Below, in pieces: positions 48,295 through 56,100 of a stretch of 64,000 bases of DNA (the stretch's first letter is position 1; each line of letters begins with the position of its first letter). Under the pieces are notes generated by a model. That model searched no databases, had not been told where the DNA came from, and saw only the letters and a list, made by a program, of their open reading frames with translations. Both the position numbers and the translations under genes were made by a program. The stretch is from a virus, in the IMG/VR virus record IMGVR_UViG_3300037264_003220, positions 26,281 to 90,280 of that record; one strand, given 5' to 3'.

Positions 48295-48689
48295 TAAAAT
48301 TCAGCCTGCCATTGTTCTTTGTACCAATCCAAACTCTTTGGCGCCAACTGTTTCCAACCTTCTTCTCCAGGCTCAATGCTAACTTTAACATTTGAAATAT
48401 GAACTGTCTGAGACTCCTGCTTGTAATCATCAGTAGAATCATCAAACACTTCGTATTCCACGGTAATGTCCTGGTCAGGGACAGTCACCATAACACCATC
48501 AATGCCCCAATCACGAACGTCAAGCTGCGCCGACCATTTCAACGTAATTGGCTTGACTGATTCCATCCCAGCTTCTTTATAATTCAATTCCACATCAGAC
48601 GTTTCAAAATTCATTGCGCTGGCTGAACGAACCCATGCTGGCGCCTGAAGTTCAGCAACAATATCTTTTGTTGTTCGAGTCCAGTCCAT
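48294..48689 (-). CDS. Acidic protein with MDWTRTT leader
   Basis: TAATG-coupled; WVRSA and YKEAG internal motifs. Confidence 0.6.
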   Translation of the reverse strand: MDWTRTTKDIVAELQAPAWVRSASAMNFETSDVELNYKEAGMESVKPITLKWSAQLDVRDWGIDGVMVTVPDQDITVEYEVFDDSTDDYKQESQTVHISNVKVSIEPGEEGWKQLAPKSLDWYKEQWQAEF

Positions 48690-48943
48690 TAACGACCTTC
48701 ACCGTGAAGCAAATCTTCGCCCGTGTTCTCATTGATAATAGTCCAACGTAAGTTATCATTTACCCATTCCTGTTCTTCCGTGGTCAAATCAAGACCACTA
48801 ATTAAATTGCGCCATTGCTCGCCGACAAAATCTTCAAGCGCTTCCGATAAAGCATAGGCAATTTCACGTTGTCGTATATCATCAAGTACGACTTCTGTTT
48901 CTTTTTCGCCTTCGGGTATTTCTTTAGCTGTTTTTGTCCACAT
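48689..48943 (-). CDS. Acidic small protein with MWTKTA leader
   Basis: Start lies within the 29-bp repeat. Confidence 0.65.
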   Translation of the reverse strand: MWTKTAKEIPEGEKETEVVLDDIRQREIAYALSEALEDFVGEQWRNLISGLDLTTEEQEWVNDNLRWTIINENTGEDLLHGEGR

Positions 48944-49183
48944 AAATTATCCCTTGCCTCCATATCCTCGTGCATCCAACTCTTGTTGTAATTGTTCAGT
49001 AGTCATATGTCGATAGCCTTGAAATCCATCACGCAAGCAACTCTCAATCCAATCCGGCGAACCTTGGTCAATCGCAATTTTCCAATCAGATTCAATCAGG
49101 ATATCGACGAGTTTTTCTTTGGCTTCATCAAATTCATTTTGTTTCTTATGAAGGGCTGTTTTTGTCCACATAAATTATCCCTT
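48927..49183. repeat. Perfect 29-bp direct repeat (48927-48955 and 49155-49183) encoding RBS + stop + MWTKTA
   Basis: gctgtttttgtccacataaattatccctt twice; minus strand reads AAGGGA TAA TTT ATG TGG ACA AAA ACA GC. Confidence 0.9.
48947..49171 (-). CDS. Small protein with MWTKTA leader
   Basis: Start lies within the 29-bp repeat. Confidence 0.65.
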   Translation of the reverse strand: MWTKTALHKKQNEFDEAKEKLVDILIESDWKIAIDQGSPDWIESCLRDGFQGYRHMTTEQLQQELDARGYGGKG

Positions 49184-49900
49184 TACGGCGTAACAGCCAA
49201 CCGTTTTCATAATTTTATCAGCAACAACATCAAATTTATTATTTATATCTCGTTCCCAAAATCGCAAAACAGTATGCCCATGACTTAATAAATAATCATT
49301 TTGAGACTTATCTCGTTCAGTTCCATGTGGATAATGATGCCAGTAATCACCATCGGCAAAGATACACACGCAGCCATCAATTAAAAAATCAGGAGTAGCG
49401 CCTCCAATTCGTGCTTGAAAACGAAACGGTATTTTTTTATCAATCAAAAACTTCTTAATCTTTCTCTCTATCGACGAATTAGCATACTTATTATGCCTAC
49501 TCCCATAAATAGCTCGGCACGTTTTAGAACAAGTTTTCTGTTTATCAAATAGTCTTTTTTCAACAAGAAACACCTTACTGCATATGGCACAAATCTTTGC
49601 CATTCTTGGAATCCAATGAGATGAATTTTGCCCTGATTTTGTTTTAGATAAATGTTGACCGTAACATTTGTTTGAACAAAATCTACTACCACCAATCTTC
49701 AAAAGATTAGTTCGTGGGCGAAACGCCGTTCCGCAAATTTCACACGGTTTCATCAGAGGTATCCGCTCATCATCACGTCGAGCTAATTTAGCGCTACATG
49801 ACAAACTGCAAGTGCGCCCTCCGCCACGTCTCACCTGACACGGAGGCGATTGAAACCACTTACCACACACGACACAATGACAATCAATTAAGATTTTCAT
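49175..49900 (-). CDS. Vsr/DUF559-like endonuclease with CxxC Zn-finger repeats
   Basis: Three C..CG..F...CS..C repeats; SSIE, TPDF, FADGDYWH, VLRFWERD. Confidence 0.85.
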   Translation of the reverse strand: MKILIDCHCVVCGKWFQSPPCQVRRGGGRTCSLSCSAKLARRDDERIPLMKPCEICGTAFRPRTNLLKIGGSRFCSNKCYGQHLSKTKSGQNSSHWIPRMAKICAICSKVFLVEKRLFDKQKTCSKTCRAIYGSRHNKYANSSIERKIKKFLIDKKIPFRFQARIGGATPDFLIDGCVCIFADGDYWHHYPHGTERDKSQNDYLLSHGHTVLRFWERDINNKFDVVADKIMKTVGCYAVKG

Positions 49901-50685
49901 TCTCTAAAATAAACCAACCCTTTTTCAGTTGTTTCATAATCTCCAGAATAATGAGATAAAAAGTGCGCCCAACCATCAGTGCTCACGGCGTCTTCGGCGG
50001 CAGCGTCAATATCAATCAGATTATTTTTCATAACTAATTTCTTAGCTTCGTCTTCACCAAAATTGCTCACATAATAATCGTAACCGCCCATGCCTTCTCG
50101 AATTTGGTCTTCAGTCATTTTCTCCACGAACGCATCAATATGCTCCTGCGCATCGAATCCTTCGGCAAGCGCTTCGTCCTTGTCAACAATCTGACGCTCC
50201 ACTAATTCATCTGCAAGGCGGCTGGACAATCCTTCATGAGACGGCTCGCCATCAATGTCCGTGGCGTAACTCTGGTTCCATTCATTGTAAACTTCGCTGA
50301 AAAAGTCGCGAGCCTTGCCTTCATCAATTTGCGAATTCAACCATTCCTGATTAAACAGCTCCGGCTCATTCTCAAGGTCGTTATGCACTTGTTCAGTGGC
50401 AACCCGTTCCGCCACGTCTTCAGTCCAGAAAAATCGGTATTCAACGCCTTCAGCCTTGAATGTTCCGCCATCATCACTGTCGACTTTGAAATCGGTTATC
50501 TCGGCAACGTCAACGCTGAGAGACTTTGCCAAGTCAGCGACCGCTTTCTCGTCAAACTTGCCCACTGCTTCGGCGTCGTTTTCTGATTCGGCAATCCTCT
50601 GCATCTCCGCTACAGCTTCATCAGTGTTTTTGCCTTGATGAGCGAACTGTTCGAGCTTTACCAATTTATCCGTCTTCTGCTTCAT
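49897..50685 (-). CDS. Highly acidic hypothetical phage protein
   Basis: Start MKQK (GGAGGA RBS, TGATG overlap); DAVSTDGWAHFLSHYSG motif. Confidence 0.6.
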   Translation of the reverse strand: MKQKTDKLVKLEQFAHQGKNTDEAVAEMQRIAESENDAEAVGKFDEKAVADLAKSLSVDVAEITDFKVDSDDGGTFKAEGVEYRFFWTEDVAERVATEQVHNDLENEPELFNQEWLNSQIDEGKARDFFSEVYNEWNQSYATDIDGEPSHEGLSSRLADELVERQIVDKDEALAEGFDAQEHIDAFVEKMTEDQIREGMGGYDYYVSNFGEDEAKKLVMKNNLIDIDAAAEDAVSTDGWAHFLSHYSGDYETTEKGLVYFRE

Positions 50686-51305
50686 CACAATCCTCCAGCC
50701 GTAACGCACACAGCTTTTTCTGGAACAATACCCTTGCTTAACCGCGACCTAATCGTTGAATGATTTACACCAAATTTTCTTGACCACTCCATTACCGTTT
50801 TTGATTGATTACCAATTTTTAAAATCCATGAATCACTTTTATTTCTATTTTGCTTCTCAACAGTAGACCAACGAATATTCCCTGGAACATAACCTTTATT
50901 ATTGTCAATACGGTCAAGAGAATATTCAGCGGAAGGACGACGACCGATTGTTTTTAAAATATAAGCTAAAAATTCTTTGTAAGAATTTCTCCATATTGGA
51001 TACATCGTTATTCCATTGCCGCCGTAATAAATAAAGTCTTTATTATTTCTATTCCCTGTTCTACATTTTATTCCATGCCACAGCCTATATTCAGGTGTCT
51101 TGCCCGACTCGCCGTGAGTTCGTCTTTTGATGTACTTGCATTGCTCACATGATTGTACGCCTTGCGCCAAATTCGCATAAAATACTTCTCGAACAATTCC
51201 ACAATTACATCGACAAAGCCATTTAGTATGACGACCGCTTGATTTGGCTCTCGCCACAATCACATAGCTGCCATAAACGTCGCCAATTTTGGCTTTGGTT
51301 TTCAT
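50685..51305 (-). CDS. HNH homing endonuclease
   Basis: WLCRCNCG, YYGGNGI, RPSAEYSLDRIDNNKGYVPGNIRWST. Confidence 0.88.
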   Translation of the reverse strand: MKTKAKIGDVYGSYVIVARAKSSGRHTKWLCRCNCGIVREVFYANLAQGVQSCEQCKYIKRRTHGESGKTPEYRLWHGIKCRTGNRNNKDFIYYGGNGITMYPIWRNSYKEFLAYILKTIGRRPSAEYSLDRIDNNKGYVPGNIRWSTVEKQNRNKSDSWILKIGNQSKTVMEWSRKFGVNHSTIRSRLSKGIVPEKAVCVTAGGL

Positions 51306-52909
51306 AATTCGCCAGCCGCTTCCGAATGGGCTTGCTGTCTTTCTCTGAAAAATGCCTTGGCAAATCCTTCTTCACTGACCGCGTAAATCTTATTGTCAGA
51401 GAATTTGGAAGTGTCATCAAACACCACTTGCCCTTCCGCGATAACAAACACCAAAAGAGCTGGCTTGGTATTGATTTCTTCCGGCAAGGAATTATCAATG
51501 ACATCCACGAGCACGGAAAGAATGGCGTTGGCGCTAAAGAATTGGTCGACATCTTGTCCAGGCACTTGAATATCATTCTCAAGCTTCTCCGACAACTCGC
51601 GACCATGGTATTTGAAAGAGCTTACCCGCATGATGAAATTCCGCAACACAGAATTTTTTTGCTTGATGTATTCAAGAACCTTCGCTACGTTTTCTGTTGC
51701 AGCCTTGTCCACGTCAACTTCTTCCTGCTGCGCGTCAAAGTATTCCGATGGCGTCACCTGGTTCTTTTCGTCATCAAACGGCTTGCTCTTGATGCCGTCT
51801 TCGACTTCCATAAGCTTTTCCGACATACCTGTTTCTGTCGCCTTATCCTGAGAGTCGGTCGCTGGCTTCAAAGTCGTGTCCGGCTCGCCAGGGACGAGAG
51901 CGGTGCGAATCCAATCTGCTTCACTCGCAGTAATGTGCCCAAACTCAAGCGCTCCCTCAATCATAATTCGCACGTCATTGGTTGACGTTCCTCTCATACT
52001 GAGCTGGCGATAAAGGCTGGAGGCTCGTTCGCTAAGTTGTTTTGCAGACCCTTCCCTGCCAACGATGCCGTTCTCCGCAAATTCATCAGCCAACTCAGGA
52101 AACTTATCAGCAAGCTGTTTGAAATAGGAATCCCACTCAGCAACCTCTCTCCAGCTCATGCTTTCTGCACTCTGCGCTGATTGCCAATCAACTGCAATCT
52201 GTCTGGCTTCTCCGGCTGTCGCCACTTCTTCAACTGGCTTTCTGGCAGATGCCTGCAAAAGTATGCTCGGATTTGAGTCCAGGGTTGACAGCTCCGGCCC
52301 TTCATCTTTGAAGTCTTTCATCACGTCTTTCGTGAGAGGTTCGTCGAACAACATGGCTTCCTTCACATGGTCTTTTAAGCCTGCGATAGCCTTGTCGGAA
52401 GTGATGTACATTTCCACGACATCACGCTGAGTATCTCCCTTCTGACCAAACAGGGCGAAACCCCAGTTGTAGGGATTGATGAAGTAGAAGTCATAAGTCT
52501 TGTCTTTGGCGACGCCCCAGCCCATGGATATGCCTGGAATCGTGGGAGGAGTCGATAAGAACTTGCCAGGGTTGAGGAGGTCATAAGGATGGATGCCAGT
52601 CAAGTGCTTGAACGCCCGCACGATTTCATCCCGCTGATAGCCCAAAGAAATCAAGTAGCCTTCCATGAACTTATACGAAAAGCGCCCCTCGTTAATCATT
52701 CTCTTGAGGTTTCTTTCCAACTCAATACGCTCAGGACGAGTGTTGGTTCCGGCATAAAAAACGTCAGCATACTGATGACTGATGTTCCAGTCACGCGCTG
52801 ACGCTTTTCGCTTGGTTTCTTCTTTGGTTTTCAAATCGTTAAGAACGGGGTCAAATTCTTCCCCATCAAAATTGACATCTTCTTTTTCAAGCCAAGTTGA
52901 CATTGCCAT
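51302..52909 (-). CDS. Acidic multi-domain hypothetical (putative internal head) protein
   Basis: CAGGAGG RBS near 52915; KRKAS, QAS and RTA motifs. Confidence 0.6.
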   Translation of the reverse strand: MAMSTWLEKEDVNFDGEEFDPVLNDLKTKEETKRKASARDWNISHQYADVFYAGTNTRPERIELERNLKRMINEGRFSYKFMEGYLISLGYQRDEIVRAFKHLTGIHPYDLLNPGKFLSTPPTIPGISMGWGVAKDKTYDFYFINPYNWGFALFGQKGDTQRDVVEMYITSDKAIAGLKDHVKEAMLFDEPLTKDVMKDFKDEGPELSTLDSNPSILLQASARKPVEEVATAGEARQIAVDWQSAQSAESMSWREVAEWDSYFKQLADKFPELADEFAENGIVGREGSAKQLSERASSLYRQLSMRGTSTNDVRIMIEGALEFGHITASEADWIRTALVPGEPDTTLKPATDSQDKATETGMSEKLMEVEDGIKSKPFDDEKNQVTPSEYFDAQQEEVDVDKAATENVAKVLEYIKQKNSVLRNFIMRVSSFKYHGRELSEKLENDIQVPGQDVDQFFSANAILSVLVDVIDNSLPEEINTKPALLVFVIAEGQVVFDDTSKFSDNKIYAVSEEGFAKAFFRERQQAHSEAAGEL

Positions 52910-53006
52910 TTCCTCCTGAAATATAGTGTATTTTTTACCATTTTTCCACAACAGCTTGTGGAATCTCTGTTATTCTCCACAACCTATTGGTGTTCTCCGT
53001 CGAGAC

Positions 53007-53195
53007 TTATTTTCCAGAGCAAGACTTCAGAGCCTGGAGAGACTTCTCGTCAAGCGCGGACTCAAGACTAAAACCTTTTTTCACAACTTTAAACTCTCGC
53101 CTCGGCGGTCGCGTGTCTCGTCTCACCATCGGCTGCGGCATCTTGCGAGCCACATTATTCAAGGCGTCTATGGCTTTGTCCAAACTTCCCTTCAT
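53007..53195 (-). CDS. Small hypothetical protein
   Basis: ATGA-coupled; starts MKGSLDKA, the same KGSLDKA string as a linker in the upstream giant protein. Confidence 0.5.
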   Translation of the reverse strand: MKGSLDKAIDALNNVARKMPQPMVRRDTRPPRREFKVVKKGFSLESALDEKSLQALKSCSGK

Positions 53196-56100
53196 ACTGG
53201 CATGGCTTCCTTTTCTTTGATTGTGAACGTGGCGCCCGTGGGCTGGTCATATGTGTCCAGAATAACGGCGTCGTATTTCTTATCTTCCGCGATAAGCGCC
53301 GCGTGCCGCTTCACTATCTGCGCTTTGTCGCCGTTATACAACCACACTTTGTCGCCTTCACGAAACTTATACCCAGCGTTCTTAAAGAACTCTGCCGTGG
53401 ATTGGATTTTCAAGTTCTGCTTCTTCCGTTTCAGCCTGCGGGATTCTTTGTCAAGCTCCCACGCGCTGCCGGACAAGTCAGAGCTTTTGAATTGGTCGAA
53501 GTATTTGGCATAACGCTTTTGAGACGAATTAACTTCTTTGTCTTCCGGCGCCAATGTAAACACGGTCTTGCCTGTTTCGGCAAGGTCTTCAAGAGGAGAC
53601 CAAACTTGATAATTCGGATACCACCAAATATTGACGCCTTCTTCGGCGCGTAAATGACCAGCGTCATCAAGCACTGCATCAGAAAGAATCGGAGCCGACG
53701 TAAGAGCGCCGATGTCTTCTGGGTTGACCCACATTAAACCAGCGTCAGTGACAGGCTCAAAAACTTCATACATGAGGTTATCACTCGTATCGCCTGCCGC
53801 AACTTTTTCTTTTAATTCAGCTTGACCTTCAGCGTCAATGGAAATTTCTAAATCACTATTTGGTAATTGCTTCCAAACCGTAATCCAATACGATGCTTTC
53901 TTATCCAACGCCGCATGACGTTCCGGCGGGATACGGTCTGTCTCCCATATTTTATTGATGGGACGCGTCACGATTCCGCTGCCATCTTCCATATCAATTT
54001 TCATATTGCCTTCGGCGTCCGGCTCCGATACTGCCCATCCATACCAGCCATCGACTTCAAGATACTTGCCAATCCACGGCCCGCGCTTTGGGTCTATGTG
54101 GGCAGTTTTTTCCACGGCGCCACCAGCTTGTCTAGTCACGACCACATCATGCCCTTCATGTTCACTCTTTCTATTTGGGAAGAAAGGCATTTCACAAGTC
54201 CGACACCAATATTCATCAGCGCCAGCTTGACGCGCCACGACAGATTGCTTCTGCACGAATTCCATGGCTTGGTCAATCATTTGTTGACGACGTTCGCCTT
54301 CGGCAGCATCAAACGCTCCACCTGTCCACATGGACAAAGCGCTTTCCACGGCTTTGCGTTCGTCGCCCTTATCAAGCTCAAGGCATTCTTTGTAAACATC
54401 TAGAAAGGAAACTTCCTCGGCGTTCTTGCCAAATGAAGCCGTCTTCGTCGCAATGGTATCAAGCAACTTATGCACGGCTTCGGTCACGTCTTCGCCGCGC
54501 ACATACGCTGCTTCAGCAACTTTATAAACCTTTCCAATGTCCATGATATTGATTTGATATCCATACACGGCATCCTGAACAACTCTGTCCAATTCAGCCT
54601 GTTGCTTCTTGGGCAACTTGGATTCTCTTACCGCAGCTATCTTGGTGACTTGCGAAGTTTCGCAATGAGGGCAATAGATAGTTTCATTGGCGCGATTACG
54701 AACAAATTTATATCCACATTTTTCACATTGAAAATTCGTAGGCTCGCCCGCCGCTGCCGTTACTTCTGTCTTCGCCGCTTCCTCAGCTGCTTTGGCTTTT
54801 TCTTCCTTCTTGGTCTTGCGCGTCTCCTGCTGGTCTTTAAGACGCTTTTCCAATTTCTCAAGCGCGTCCACTGTTGAAGCAATCTCAGATGGGTCGGCTT
54901 TGTCCACGTCCAAATCCTTCAGTTTCCGGCGCAACGACTTCACTTGGTCAGACAAGCCAGCTCTCCGGCTCCCGCCAAGCTTCTTATTTACGGCGGCGGC
55001 AATTTCTTGAGCATTGTCTTCCATCCAACGAACGAATGCAGGATTATCCAAATCGCCAACAGCATCCGCTCCGCCGCTCACTTCACTCATTGCCCAATTA
55101 TAAAGCCCTTCATCATTGAGCACCCATTCCGTGAGCGAGTCCAAATCATTGGGAGCAATTTCAAGAATAGCCTTCCGAAGCGCACCCGTTTCATCGAACC
55201 CTTCTTCGGCAGTATCCGCCAAGATGCCTTCCCATTCTTTTTGTGCTTCTGCTTCAGACGCATATCCCTTTGATTCAACAAATCCCTGTTCACCTGTCCA
55301 AAGAATGATAAACGGATTCGCCTCGAACCATTGCTTTTCTTCGGCAGTAAGCGGAGCAACTTCAAGCTCGGTCGCAACCTTCTCGGCTTCCTCGGCAGTC
55401 ACACTGCGTAACAGACCATACCAGCCGCCTGTTTCAACGCTGCCAGCTTCTTCGCCAAGTCCATCCAAACTCATAGTCCAAAGGATTTCGTCAATGATGG
55501 TGCTGAACTTTCCTGGCCCCTTGCGTCTGATTCCTTCTGCCGCCGCTTTGTCCAATGAGCCTTTGACTGTATGCTCGCGGTCTAACTTAGCCCACTCCGC
55601 ATACGGCATATCATAAAGAGTTTTGGGGTCGACGCCCATTTTCTGAGCAACCTCATCTTTGCGTTCCTTCTGATAAATCATAGAGTCCTTGTCTTCAATC
55701 CCATAAAATCGTGCCTGCTTCATACTGCCCTCCAAATAAAGTTTGTTGTCGTCTCCAATGACAAGATTTATTTCACCAAACGAATGCGCAATCTCAGTCA
55801 GCTTATCACCAACTTCGCCAAGACCTCTATCCCAAAACCCAGCACCATGCCCATTGCGAGTCAACCAGAAGTCATGCCCAGCCTGTTCCTCATCAATACC
55901 ATTCAGCAGCTCGCCCGCTTTCTCTTTGAACGCCGCGCAATCTGCCTTGGCTTTATCCATACTCTCCGGCGATATGTCGGCGAAATCATAATTCTTGTCA
56001 AGCGGGTCTCCGCCTTGCTCATCAGATTGGTCTAACTCAGACCACAACGCCGCTTCAAGATAGGCGCCAACGAACTTGCCCAAGCCTTGATACGATTCAT

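Noticed and set aside
48927-49183. CRISPR repeat or att site
   Set aside because: Only two copies, the 199-bp interval is coding, the repeat is not palindromic, and no cas or integrase gene is nearby. It coincides with translation signals.
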